Shown: positions 8,098-20,000 of the stretch, in pieces
Numbering within the stretch: position 1 is the stretch's first letter
Layout of the letters: every line of letters starts with the position of its first letter
Assembly (NCBI GenBank): GCA_000002445.1
Contig: CM000208.1
Span: 3,136,001-3,200,000 of the forward strand
Direction: 5' to 3'
Source: Trypanosoma brucei
Lineage: Eukaryota
Length of the DNA: 64,000 nucleotides
The notes under the pieces: model-generated
Database searches by the model: none
Told to the model about the DNA's origin: nothing
The model's input: only the letters and a program-made list of their open reading frames with translations
Translations under genes and position numbers: made by a program

Positions 8098-10839
8098 CTA
8101 TTCCAACGATAACCCTTCTTCAGATACCGCAACTTGATCAATAACGACAGGCATCACTGGTTTGTCGTCTCCGTTCCTCTCCACCTGCGACACGGAGAGC
8201 ACAACTGACTTTCCAGCGGTGACAAACCCAAAAACTGTGTGTTTTCCGTTTAGCCACGGTGTAGCTTCACCTAAAGTGATAAAAAATTGTGATTCGTTTG
8301 TATTCGGTCCGCGGTTTGCCATACACAGCCACTGCACCCTTGGGTAAGAAAAGAAATCCATTGCGTCAACGCCTTCGTCCTCGAATGGCTCACCGAACGA
8401 GCTCAGTCCCCCGGTGCCATCACCATGTGGACACCCACCCTGTATCATGAAACCCGGTACAACTCGATGGAAGGTGAGAGTGTTGTAGAACCCACGCCTT
8501 GACAGTGTGGAAAAATTGGTTACTGCTTTCGGGGCGAATTGAGGCATAAGGCGTACTGTTATTGTACCGAACGTACGGACAGATATGGTAGCACCAACAC
8601 AAATATCGGTCCACGACACAACCCGAGTTGAAGCGGCGGAGATAATACTTTGAACTCGCCGCTCCTCCACTTCACCGTCAAATCCACAGCTATTCTCGCT
8701 TGCTTTGCTATGTTCCACCTCCGAAGTTGTTCTTTCTTCCTCATCCCTCGGAGCCAAAACTTGGAGAGAGGACTGCAACTGCAGCAAATCATCACAGTCG
8801 AAATCCCGTTTCGCACGCAGCGTAGACAGGAGAAGTGCGCGCTGCCTCTCGTTTCCCGTGTCATCTTCTGTATTTTTATCTGTGTTGGGAATGCCAACAG
8901 CGCTTTGCATGACGAAATCGGTTAGGGAGATTTCGTATTTTGTGTACAGCAGAAGGGCATTTCCTCCCAGGGATGTTGTACAAATCGTCGGGTCATCAGC
9001 ATAAGAGTTATGCTCCTCCGTAAAGCCAGCCGAGGGCGTTGCACAGCTTGCCGCTTCAAAAAGTCGCTTAATGTCTTCCTTCGAAAGCGCACAACCAACC
9101 GGAGACTGTGCGACGAGGTTCTTCAGAGCTTGACTAGCGGGGACACACAACCTCAGTAACTTAAGGGGGGCAGCAAAACATCTAAATTCTCCACAGGCCA
9201 TCTGCGAAAAGGAATTTATGATCCCCATGGGCATGCTGTCACCACGAACATCAACTTCCGATTCTCCAATTGAACACGGAAGTTTCTCGATGTAGAAACT
9301 TGACTTCAGAGCCCCCGCTTCCTTCGCCGAAGGAGCTGCACGAAACGTCGCAATACGTCGACCACCCACACATTCCCTGGACGGCTCTGGCACCACAGTT
9401 ATTTCTGGGACAAAAATCCACACGCCACGGGGCGAGGAGTTAAAACTATCCTTGATAACTGCATTAAACACGAAACCTCGCAGGTTGCTTTTCGCCTCTT
9501 GTAGAGTACACAGCTCACCAAGTTGAGGACAAGGCACTTCACTCGTTTCACTGCTGCAAAGGCATACTCCGCTAGCAAACTCGAAGAGATGCAGGAGGAC
9601 GCAAACAGCGCCCCGACGCAGGGAAGCACTAGACACCGTGAAATAGTTTCCGGTTGGTGAAAAATCAACACTAAGTGGTATGATCACCTTCCCTGTTTTC
9701 GCGGCACATGTGACTTCACGCACCAAGGCAAAAAAACCCGTCTTTTGTCGTCTCTCGAATGTGATCCATTGCCTGACTTTCAGTGGATCTGCTGCACTGC
9801 GCGATGGGAAGCCCCCAACAACCCGGAGAGAAAGGATTGTTCTTCCTTCATCGTTCAGATGCTCAACAATTCGCGCGTAGTCCACGATTCCCTCCTCGTC
9901 AACAAGGACAATCAATCCACTCGGAAGATGCTGCTGGCAACAGACTATCAAATTTGCACAACTCAACGCCACAGTAGGAATGGGCTGGCCTTCCTTTGTG
10001 AAATCAGAGCCGCAGAGACGTGACGACTTCTCGACCCCGCACGGAATGAAGACAACACCGTTGGTATCATCGTCTCGTTTCGCGAAGAAGGCAATGTACG
10101 GTTGATAATCGTGATGAAACAAAAACGGTCGTGGGGTGAATGACTCTTTCCACGGTTGCGTAGCAGAAGGGTGGCACCGACGGGCGGCATTAAACTGAAG
10201 TGAAAACCGCCCTTCGAGCGCCATGAGTGGGCCATTCACACGAGATACCTCGACGTTTACACTGATATTCCCAGTATCATCAGCAGCATGCGGAGTGACG
10301 CAGACGAATAAAATACATGAGTTTACCGGGTCCGGCAGGACAAAGTGAAGGCCTGCATTAGTGACCTCCTCTGATTCCACGCTTTTGGGGAAAAACTTTC
10401 TGTACTCTCCCGTGAAGAAAACGCCACGGGGAAGCTTACGCCAAGCACGCACCACTCCTACTGCGTCAACGGTTACAATCAGCGCACCGTTATCATCTGC
10501 TAATGTGGCAATGTCCTGCACAGGACTTCCATGCCGGTAGCTTCGTTCATACAAGAAGGAGCAAGGGTATCCCTCCGCGCTCAGCATATCCATGGTGCTT
10601 TGCTGCTTCTTGCATTTGCTCACCCCTTCTTGTACATCATCGCTGGTATCAATAGGTTCATCATTTAGATCGCTGGGCCCCAGTGAACGAGGTCGTTTCC
10701 CACGCACACTCTCTTCTCCAGCACGCGTAGGTTCAGCGCTATCAGCTTCGGAGGTGTTCACAAGCAGCACAGGAATAGTCGGGAGGAAATCTTCCTCCTC
10801 GTCTTCGCTGTTTTCATTGCTCGACCGATGTGCCTGCAT
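8098..10839 (-). CDS. PPWD1-type protein: N-terminal WD40 domain fused to a C-terminal cyclophilin (PPIase) domain
   Basis: The C-terminus carries FHRVVPGFMIQGGCPHGDGTGGLSSFGEPFEDE...MANRGPNTNESQFFITLGEATPWLNGKHTVFGFV, a canonical cyclophilin signature. The N-terminal YERSYRHGSPVQD...WRKL matches the start of the human PPWD1 WD region (YERSYMHRDV). The track ORF begins with GTG at 10884; the first ATG (MQAHRSSNENSEDEEED) is at 10839. An acidic extension of ~100 aa precedes the WD40 domain. Confidence 0.8.
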   Translation of the reverse strand: MQAHRSSNENSEDEEEDFLPTIPVLLVNTSEADSAEPTRAGEESVRGKRPRSLGPSDLNDEPIDTSDDVQEGVSKCKKQQSTMDMLSAEGYPCSFLYERSYRHGSPVQDIATLADDNGALIVTVDAVGVVRAWRKLPRGVFFTGEYRKFFPKSVESEEVTNAGLHFVLPDPVNSCILFVCVTPHAADDTGNISVNVEVSRVNGPLMALEGRFSLQFNAARRCHPSATQPWKESFTPRPFLFHHDYQPYIAFFAKRDDDTNGVVFIPCGVEKSSRLCGSDFTKEGQPIPTVALSCANLIVCCQQHLPSGLIVLVDEEGIVDYARIVEHLNDEGRTILSLRVVGGFPSRSAADPLKVRQWITFERRQKTGFFALVREVTCAAKTGKVIIPLSVDFSPTGNYFTVSSASLRRGAVCVLLHLFEFASGVCLCSSETSEVPCPQLGELCTLQEAKSNLRGFVFNAVIKDSFNSSPRGVWIFVPEITVVPEPSRECVGGRRIATFRAAPSAKEAGALKSSFYIEKLPCSIGESEVDVRGDSMPMGIINSFSQMACGEFRCFAAPLKLLRLCVPASQALKNLVAQSPVGCALSKEDIKRLFEAASCATPSAGFTEEHNSYADDPTICTTSLGGNALLLYTKYEISLTDFVMQSAVGIPNTDKNTEDDTGNERQRALLLSTLRAKRDFDCDDLLQLQSSLQVLAPRDEEERTTSEVEHSKASENSCGFDGEVEERRVQSIISAASTRVVSWTDICVGATISVRTFGTITVRLMPQFAPKAVTNFSTLSRRGFYNTLTFHRVVPGFMIQGGCPHGDGTGGLSSFGEPFEDEGVDAMDFFSYPRVQWLCMANRGPNTNESQFFITLGEATPWLNGKHTVFGFVTAGKSVVLSVSQVERNGDDKPVMPVVIDQVAVSEEGLSLE

Positions 10840-12025
10840 CTGCCACGTCCGTTTCGCTCTTTCTCTGTCCACCCACCGCCGCACCCCGCTTTTATCCTCA
10901 CGGTGGCAGAGCGGCCCAACTACTAGTCTTCGTCAAAGAAAAGAATGGAGAAAGTCCTTGCATTCTGTGCCATACGAGAAGCAATCTCGAATATGTCACC
11001 CCGCTACGGGTGATACATCAGCTAGTACGCACATTTTTGAGACCCCAGGGAACGTAAAAAGTTCGACGCAGTACAAGGCGAAATGACAGCGGTGGGATGC
11101 AACTGAAAACACGTCCGACTACTCCAGAAGTGGAAAACGGAGAATGGAACATGACCCAATAGCAGCAGAAAAGGAGTTTGGGACACAGTCCTACAATGGG
11201 ACAAAAAGAATTGCAGAAAGGAAGGGAATAGCCAGCCTAGAAGGGGGTGACGAACGAAAACTTTTCAGATGCAACCCTCGCTGCCCTCGTATTCGTTATT
11301 TTCCCTTCACCAAAAAGGAGGTACACATCACAGAGAGGATTGCTGCACCATCTTTCCATCAAAACCCCAACCAACGAAAAAAAAGTTTGCGGTATTTACC
11401 TTCCATAGTTTCAAACACGTTCGCACCAGAGTCCACACTTGTTAGGTTCGCCAATAATGTACACTGTACCTACCACCTTTTTTTAAATCTCATGAACATT
11501 TCCCCAAATATACCAGCGTATGCTTCTGTTCGTTTTTATATTGGCTACGCTATGTAACCAAATGCGGATAAGGTAACAATATTCACCTTCTTTCCCTCGC
11601 CACTCTACAGCAACACGACGGTTACCACGTTAATGTGTGATGCTGAAAACCTTTCGTGTTGGTAATTGAAGCCACCACTGGTAGGCACCTAACCCCCGTA
11701 AGAGAAAACACCCGAAAGAGGAACAATATTTATTTCCTTCAAACAACTCAGAACTCACTAGCGAAAGCCGCTCGACGGCAAACAAGATAAAAAAGGTAGA
11801 AAAAGGTGTTTCCATTCAGGCTGGGATAGTAGATGAGATGACGTGTCGGCACCGAAATGAACTTTAGCTCATCGTGTTGCTGCCCGACAACTGAATCACG
11901 CACGACCTATCCTCTTAGCAGGTCCTTATTCTCCCTCCGCTTGTGTTTCCATATGTACTTTCTGTTACACCTATTTTACGTGAACGCTTTCACCCAGTCA
12001 AAGGAGTATCCAAATGCCTCCATCC

Positions 12026-13396
12026 TCAGAGAGAAATTACGTCGACTGTTTGCACAAACCATGTAGTGTAATGTGCAAATTTTCCCAATCGTGGCTTGTA
12101 AATACACCACGAGAGGAAACTCAAAATCCAGCGGCTAAAATTAGAGTGAGGCGCCCAATTGGGCCTTTCGCTAACTGTACGTAGTCTTCGCACGTCCATG
12201 CCTGACGCAAGCCCGGAAACACTGTATGACAGAGATACTGCGACGCCGCGCGCCACTGCTCCCTGACGTGAGGTACGGATGGCGTCGACTCGTTGACGCT
12301 GGGTAACTTTCTTTCTTGACCGCTCTGCTCGCTTCATGGCTTTCTTACTCACTTTTTGGGCTCGGTTTGAGGTGACCATTTCACTGCTGCCCTCAGGACT
12401 GTCCTTCAATTCATCAAACCCCTCCTCCACGTTTTCCCCGTCCATGTCTGAGTTTGTAGACGCATCGCTATTGTCTCCACCCTCCTGTTCTTCAAAAATG
12501 AGCATGAAATGTGTGCAAGCGGAAGGTGTGTATTCAGGGAGATCACTTCCCAGTGCGCCCACAAGTGTCTCTTGCATTGCACCATGCGGATACGATCCAG
12601 GTTTTGTGATGCTTGCCTCATCTGCTGCAGTTGGGATCTCACGACTCGCCCCCCGAGGATCAAAGAGGGGAATGTCCCACGCCCAACAGTGTGACGCTTC
12701 CTTACTCAACCGAGTAACGCTGCCCACGCCACCATGGTCAACTAAAACCAGCTGACAGCGGCGGTTTGGAAGTTCGATACGGATGCTAACAGCATGTACT
12801 GTGTCGCGGACTATCAGATCAAAATGCAGACGCTTACGCCCTGGCGTTTCATCAGTCTGCAAGTAGCAGTCTCGTATGGTGGCGCTAGGGGAGAGACCAG
12901 GTCTCACTTTGCCTTCATACCGCAGAACAGACTCATCGCTTACGCAAGGAGGTGTGAAGCACACATTCCCACACGACAATAGTTCCCAGTAATCAACCAT
13001 ACCGTGCACATTATCGACTACGATATCTGGTAGCCCATCCCGTCTTTTACTTCCCGACGAGGGAACGACGTTACAATAAGTTCCTACATCATTTATATGC
13101 AACACGCGATGTCGAGAAGGAACGTGTGAAGAAAGGGAGAGCGTACCACCCTTTATGTTGGCGGAGAGCTTCATGCTAAGACGGTAGCTACGCATTAAGT
13201 ATGTCTCGCACAAAATCTCCCCTTTAAGTGCGACCTGATCACCAATCTCTTGCCGGCATTGCCCATCGGACATGTGAACTACCTCGCTGATGCTTAGTGT
13301 GATCTCATTTTTGAAAAAAGAAAGTACACCACGATAGGCCACATATCCAATCGCTGCAGCAACTACGACCTTGGCTACGGAGCGAGAGCTCATCAT
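12026..13396 (-). CDS. Hypothetical protein with an N-terminal TM/signal-anchor helix and an acidic central segment
   Basis: Long minus-strand ORF in the PTU frame context. The N-terminus SVAKVVVAAAIGYVAYRGVLSFF is hydrophobic, and an acidic run EEQEGGDNSDASTNSDMDGENVEEG lies centrally. The track start at 13414 is GTG; the first ATG codons are at 13396/13393. Confidence 0.5.
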   Translation of the reverse strand: MMSSRSVAKVVVAAAIGYVAYRGVLSFFKNEITLSISEVVHMSDGQCRQEIGDQVALKGEILCETYLMRSYRLSMKLSANIKGGTLSLSSHVPSRHRVLHINDVGTYCNVVPSSGSKRRDGLPDIVVDNVHGMVDYWELLSCGNVCFTPPCVSDESVLRYEGKVRPGLSPSATIRDCYLQTDETPGRKRLHFDLIVRDTVHAVSIRIELPNRRCQLVLVDHGGVGSVTRLSKEASHCWAWDIPLFDPRGASREIPTAADEASITKPGSYPHGAMQETLVGALGSDLPEYTPSACTHFMLIFEEQEGGDNSDASTNSDMDGENVEEGFDELKDSPEGSSEMVTSNRAQKVSKKAMKRAERSRKKVTQRQRVDAIRTSRQGAVARGVAVSLSYSVSGLASGMDVRRLRTVSERPNWAPHSNFSRWILSFLSWCIYKPRLGKFAHYTTWFVQTVDVISL

Positions 13397-13981
13397 TACC
13401 CAACTGTGCTTCACTTTCCGGTTAAGAAGAGAAGAGATGTCAACAGTTTAGATTATAAGTTGGGAAGCGTAGAGAGATGGAATGAACTTACAATCACAGC
13501 AATATACATGAAGTGCAGGAAGCTATCAGTGTGGTGCGGGGAGTAAAAGGGTGCCAAGCATGAAATGCCAGTAACATAAAACTGCACATACTATATTCCC
13601 GCGAAGATGAAGGGGATGAGTTCAAACCAACATAAAAAAAACACCCCTTCAGGGAAAGGCCGAAGAATGGAAATGTAAGCCGAAGGTAGCAGGTGACAGC
13701 ACAAACCCTGGCCCATGCAGCATGACAGCTTCCACAAGCATTCGGCGATCTGCGCGTAGCACACAAGGATAAATCTGTCATCTCTCACTAGACGAAAGAG
13801 GTGATGACCGCGAGGCCCCGGTAGATAACTGTAGTAGTACTTCTAAATCGAATTGCATAATATTTCCATTGTTCGGGTGTACTATAACTCTCATGGGAAG
13901 CGAAAAGCCGAAACCAAAAATGACCTCTGCAAAGTGGGAGAGGAATGGTAAAGTCATTTTTTTTAAAAAAAGAGAAACAAC

Positions 13982-15841
13982 TCACATCTTTGACGTGTAG
14001 TTGTGATACATTCTACTTTCTGAGGAAGTGGGTGCTCTGTTGAATACTTCCCGTAACTTTTCCCAGTACACCTGTGCGATTGTTGACACGGCGCCTCCGT
14101 AGCCCCTTGAAGTTATTTCCTGCAACATAGATGATGTGTGTCCTGTCAACGTCGTCACAAAATTCCGGAGATCTCTATTGAGCACAATGAAAGGAAATCC
14201 CTCACACTGTTCATTTGCCATACACCATACATGCGAAAGAAGTTCCCCCAACTTTGGCTGTAGAGGTCTACACCGGTTGCGGATGAAACTATCGATCACT
14301 TCGGTGGCCAACATATTTGTCCTGCATTCCACATTGATCCAAGGCTGATGCCGGCCGAGGAAGTTCATTGCTGCATTCGACAGCTTCTCCCCAACCACTT
14401 GCTTACTATTCTCAACGATTTCACTCACGTGGCTCCCAATAAGGGATTTGCTCTGCTCATTGCTTGCTCCGTTAAGAATAAGTGCAGCAACCTCCTGGCA
14501 CTCTTTTGAAACACCGCTGATCAAAACGTTTGACCTCGACACCTGTGCCGGCATTGAATCGATTCCACCTTTGGCACTATAATACGAACCTTGGCGGGAC
14601 CACCGCGAGGGAATTTGGGCGTCAGCTCTGCCAGTGGACGACGGCACTGCCTCTTGCAACGGGATAACATCATCGCACAGTGGGTTAGCACACACCACGT
14701 AGGCATATGCAGCAACAAAAAGCTCTGCAACAGAAACAACAGAGCAAGGATGTGTGGCGTAGTAGTGCCGGGCAAACCTCTCATAACGTGCCAACCCCGT
14801 ATTCATTCGTTTCAACAACTTATTGCGACCCTTCGACCTCCTTGACGAACCGAGAGGAAGTTTCACACGGTCCTTTTGATATCGTTGGAGCAAAGGATTC
14901 CCTCTCTCCAACACATCGACATACCCATCTTCCTCGCATTCACCTCTTATGAACCTGAGTAGCGGCTCCCTGAGCTCCGATAGTACAAACTGCATATACT
15001 CCAACCACATGCTTTTTTGCGCAGCGCGAGTTCCGAGCGGCGTTCCGGAGCCGGTTCCCGGTAGCACACCAAACCAGTGCTCACTATTTGGCAGGTACAA
15101 TTCAACACAGAGAGAGAAGGCTGCCAGAGGTTCGGCAACTACTGTGTTGGTCTCCACAGACTTCACATAAAAGGGATACCTGTCGCGTAGAGTGTGGTTG
15201 GCTGAAATGGGTTGAAGCTCCGCTTCGCACGGGATACAATACGCGCGGCACAACCACAGAAAGGCAATCGCTGCCGGGTCGTCGTAGCAGCCACGCAGGT
15301 AGAAACCATTCTTCGGCGTGATCGATTTCATCGAGGTTTTCTTACTTGCTGCCTCTACAACGGCAGCCCTGGCGTTTGCTGTGCGAAGCACAGCATCCAT
15401 TACAGGAAGCATCGAGGGTGCGGGATAAAGTTTAAGCAAGTAAAAGAACTCCGAACAAAAGGTTTCAGCGGCAACCTGGAGAGATATTGTCCCACGCAAA
15501 CCAACCCACGTTTTGTAGTAAAGACATTTTGTGAATTCATACCACCGCGGCTTTGTCAGCGGCACAATCTGACCGTCAACAGACATGGTCAGAGCATTAG
15601 GAGCCCGACCCACTTGGTTCTCTCCCATACTGCTCTGTTGTGCAGATCCTTCAATGCATTCATCAGGGGCGTCACCAAACAGCGCCTGGTTCCGCAGCGC
15701 CCAGAGGTGGGCTCTTTGAGAAACAGTCATTAGGGGATAAACATCGCGGCAAAATACCTTTCCCACCATGACCTTGGCAATTTCCAAGACAAGCACATTT
15801 AAGCACTCGTTAGATGAGTTGGGGAGGGATGGCGCCTTCAT
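13982..15841 (-). CDS. Conserved hypothetical protein (619 aa)
   Basis: Uninterrupted 619-codon minus-strand ORF with the ATG at 15841 checked. No recognisable motif. An AG-rich tract lies upstream on the plus strand at ~15880-15960. Confidence 0.55.
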   Translation of the reverse strand: MKAPSLPNSSNECLNVLVLEIAKVMVGKVFCRDVYPLMTVSQRAHLWALRNQALFGDAPDECIEGSAQQSSMGENQVGRAPNALTMSVDGQIVPLTKPRWYEFTKCLYYKTWVGLRGTISLQVAAETFCSEFFYLLKLYPAPSMLPVMDAVLRTANARAAVVEAASKKTSMKSITPKNGFYLRGCYDDPAAIAFLWLCRAYCIPCEAELQPISANHTLRDRYPFYVKSVETNTVVAEPLAAFSLCVELYLPNSEHWFGVLPGTGSGTPLGTRAAQKSMWLEYMQFVLSELREPLLRFIRGECEEDGYVDVLERGNPLLQRYQKDRVKLPLGSSRRSKGRNKLLKRMNTGLARYERFARHYYATHPCSVVSVAELFVAAYAYVVCANPLCDDVIPLQEAVPSSTGRADAQIPSRWSRQGSYYSAKGGIDSMPAQVSRSNVLISGVSKECQEVAALILNGASNEQSKSLIGSHVSEIVENSKQVVGEKLSNAAMNFLGRHQPWINVECRTNMLATEVIDSFIRNRCRPLQPKLGELLSHVWCMANEQCEGFPFIVLNRDLRNFVTTLTGHTSSMLQEITSRGYGGAVSTIAQVYWEKLREVFNRAPTSSESRMYHNYTSKM

Positions 15842-17013
15842 TCATATGATTGTCTAAAACTTTTACGGAGTACACTGGAAATATTACAGAATGCAAATGA
15901 AAATATAAAGGAAAGCGGGAGGAAGCAAAAAAAAAAAACGGGCAGGGCAAACTATTGTTTTATCATTGCTCTTGACAGGAAGTACCATGGACCAAATAGC
16001 CGTACCAACACCATACAAACATGGGGAAGTGGAAATAGAGCACATTCGTCTACACGTGCGCTCTTTCAGTGCCTTTACTTGCTGAAAAACACCCTACAAG
16101 AACAAAAAAGGGAGGATTACGTCTGCATTTAGTCAGAAACGACTAGCTTTGCGATACATAACTTCGTGTTCGACAGATGAGACGAGAATTGGTGGAGAGA
16201 GGTTTGTTACACTTTCATAAGGGGGAGTCCGTCGAAATACGAGTAGATAACACCCACATACAACATAAATAAATAAATATATATATGTTAGCCTCCTCCG
16301 CAAACATACGTACGAACACTTCGTTTGCAGTGCTGTTGCCGCGTCCGCCTCAATTGCTGGAACCAAAAAGAAACAAAAAAATGTGAAAGTACCCAAATAT
16401 AAGGAGGAAAAAAGATTGAAAGCGGATATAGCAAAAGGGAAACAGAGAATAGTCAGTTTCATAATCGAATACGCACACTTTCCTATTTTCATTTTCTCTT
16501 TTGTTTTTCCCCCAACTGTTCACTAATTCTTTTTTGTGTGTGTGATGGTGACGTATAAAACACAGGTATACCTGCTTAGCCTCCTCGTAAGTGGGGAGGG
16601 GGAAAGTCGAAACGAGTAATGGAGAAATGAAAAAAAGCAAGAAATCAACATATAATGTCACCGCTAAGGTAATAGAAAAAGAGAAGGCGGAAAGGGTACG
16701 CCGCTCAGCGGATGCAGCTAGAAAAATAAAAATATGGAACCCACTATATTTCAGACCCGCATTGCTTTATTCGCAAATCAAATGCCATCGTTGGAACATG
16801 AAACAGAACTGTTTGACACGTGTTCAATCGCTTGCTTTGCAAACAAGAAGAAAAAACTAAGTGCAAGCGTCACTTGTAAACGGTAAGTGGTGATCCGCCA
16901 TATTACGAATGGAAAAGGCCATGACCTCTCCAACAACACGTGTTAACTTCTGTGTAGAAAAGTTTGTCTTATACAACGCATTCCTACACTTAAGTCCGAA
17001 TATCGAACGGTCA

Positions 17014-20000
17014 TCAAGCCCCAAGATTTATCTGATCACCTGTTACGAAGAACCCACCGTACTCATCACCTGAAAACATGTACACGCCGCCCCTCATGGT
17101 GTCCCACATGAGTGCCACACTATTCACGACCCCGCAGCGAAATCGTGTTGAACCAGAGGCGGCAGTCGGTAGGGGAACGCTACTATCATCACCGTCTAAC
17201 ACAGACGACCTCGTTTCAGTTCCACGCTTTGTTATTATTCGCCGTAGTGACTGGAGAGAGACAAACTCGAATGGGGTATCACCAGAGAATAAAGTAGCAC
17301 TTTCCTTCACATCTTTAGATCCGCAGCGAGCATTTGACGTTGAGTTTTCAACACCGTCATCTTTTAGTGCTGACAGCAACTGACCCAAAAAGGAGGGACA
17401 TGGATTGAGGCATGAGGCACCGCTCAACGAATTAGGCGCCTCTCCCGGAGTACGCGCGGAGAAACTTAGTCGGCTACTATTTTTCACTCCTTTGGCACTC
17501 AAATTCCCACCACTGGCTGTAAGTTGGCAATCGCGAAAGGGGAAGGGAAACGGAACAACGCTTAGCATATCCACTGTACTCTGTAAAACTGTACTCACAC
17601 CGTACCTTTCCACAAGATCCGACATCAGAGATTGGTGCTGGATGATTCTGGAATGCTCACTTTGTTGGGAAGAAAAATCACTAAAAGTGGTGCCGCTCCC
17701 CATGTCACTTTCCTTACTTGAGTCGTCACTTTCCGTCATATCTATCTTCGGAAATGGGCTCTGCATCCTGTCAGAGTCGGCAAGGGCTGCATACGAACAT
17801 CTCGCTCGCTTAGTGGGTGTACGCCTTCCAGCAGCCGGGGTCACATCATCCGGATGATCATCTTCTCTTAGGTTTACGTCCTTCACTCGAGCTCCTGTGA
17901 GGGCGTTGAACACGTGCACTTTGCTATGAAGACCTCCAACAGCCACGAGCACAACTGATTCACTTCGGTCAGCATCACATCTTCCCACTACACCTTCGTC
18001 TTGTTCGACCCCGTGGTACGGTGAAGGGTATGAGGAGATGCCGTGACCGTCAAGTGCACAAAATACGTTTGTAGGGTTAGCAGCCTCAACAGAAAAGAGC
18101 ATCCCTGAGCTCCTCCTCCGTTGTTGCGGCCACTTTGGCACGACAGCAACAGAGCATGGCAACAGATAAATAGGGGCCCTCTTCGCCTTCGGGTGAGTGG
18201 TGGCCACTCCATTCTGTGTTAAAGGAAAGTGAGGTTGCGTGGGGCAAACGGGAATTACTCGTACGACACTTCCGCTCGCCACGTCAAATACAAGGCAAAC
18301 GTACGCCCCAGGGTTATACTCAAGTGGTTGCTCGTGCGAAGGCAAAGATCGATTCGGCCCAACAGAGGCCATGATGCAGAGGTACCGGCCATTCTCGGCG
18401 GTAGGCTCAATGACAGGGCTCCCACCATCCGCAGAACATCTGCAAAACCCACATTGAAATTGCCCCCTCCCCGCCGTTTCACCGAGGGACTCTGTCGATT
18501 TTCCCATACCCGTGCTGTGTCCACTGGTGGCTGTAGCGCCGTCGTTTCTCGAGTTATTCCGCCGCAATGAGTCATCACTATAATACCTGCACGACGGAGA
18601 TCGAAACAGTGCGCTTTTGGATGAATGGCAACACCGACACTGTGTTGGTTTCACGTTGCTTACTTCACATTCACCCCACACTGGACAACCAGATGCAGTC
18701 ATCGAAAGGAGATGATAGGGCTCGGGTGGAGCTGCATACCGAGAGTCTTTCGGAGATGGCCGTACGCGAGCAGCGTGACACAGGGCGTGTGGTACCTCAA
18801 CGAACACCAAACGTGAGCCCGTCCGGTAGAAGATTACATCCTCATCAGTTGACTGATAATCCTGTTTTGCTATCTTGTCGCATTTCCTCAATGAAGCACG
18901 ACCAACACCCTCGCGATGGCGGTGTTTCAACTGAAGTGAAGCAATGGGATTAGCATACTGATTAGCGTGCGGGCGGCTACGCGAATAGGAGGGACGTTGA
19001 CGCTGATTACTTCTCACTCCATTTCCTTCCACTTCCGAATCGCATGAACGACGCAGGATAAAATCATCACTCGGTGCGGAGTGTGTGCTATCATGTTGCA
19101 GGACGTCGCGGAGGATGCGCCTGCCTATGCGACTACTGACTCTCGTCTCCACCCCTGCAGGAACTCCCTCGTCACTTACCGCCCTGGACATGCGCGTGAG
19201 CAGAGGTTCATGTTCATCACTCTCGCGCGCTACGCAGCGCCGATCAAATTGAATAGTTTGCGATCCTGCATAAAAAAATTCTGGCACTTCTGAGTCGCTG
19301 GAATGTGTTGTGATTTCAGACAAGGGACTCCCAGGGGTGTCCCCATATCTGTCATTAGATGAACGCTTCACACTCAGCGAAGCAGGGAGCCCACGCTGTC
19401 CCACTTCAATGACGCCCTCTGCAGGATTTGTTATGTTGTTCTCGTTCCATGCATCATACATCGATAATTGTCCGTAGTGACTGATCGTATAAAACGCCTG
19501 TTTTAGCGGCGAAAATAGAATGTCTTGGACGGGGAACGTTGCAATGCTCTGTATAACTGACCCGTTTACAGGGTTCCAGCGGATGATGGTGTTATCACAA
19601 CCACAGGAGAGGCACTGCAAAAACGATAGATGGAAGTGAGCAGCGCGTCGCCATGTAGAGGTATTCGAATCAGATGGTGACGTTTGTACCATCCTCTCTC
19701 CTTGCCAGAAACGGGGGTCCACCCACCGCGCGACAGTCACTGGTGTCCTGTGCACCTTAAACGTGCCATAAAGTCTGTCGGCACTGTCTTGACTGTCAGC
19801 GCTTGTTGCGCTAAGTGACGCCGTTACATCATTCGAACGACAGTCATCGTTACAATGTAGAGAATAAATTAAAACTTTCCCCACGTCCTCGTCCTCCTCT
19901 TGATTCACCTGCTCTTGCTCCGACCCCGATGACGAAACGTGTTGCACTGAGCATAGCAGAAAACGTCCACACGGAGAGAATGATAAAAGCAAAGCCAATT

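Noticed and set aside
11144-11557. Plus-strand 137-aa ORF in the gap between the PPWD1-like and TM-protein genes.
   Set aside because: Wrong strand for this PTU, purine-rich composition, no motif.
16133-16661. Two overlapping minus-strand ORFs (119 and 103 aa) in the 1.2-kb gap between the 619-aa and 1910-aa genes.
   Set aside because: They sit in A/T- and purine-rich low-complexity sequence (aaataaataaatatatatat, poly-A runs). Translations are Phe/Leu/Lys-rich, consistent with chance ORFs in UTR/intergenic DNA.
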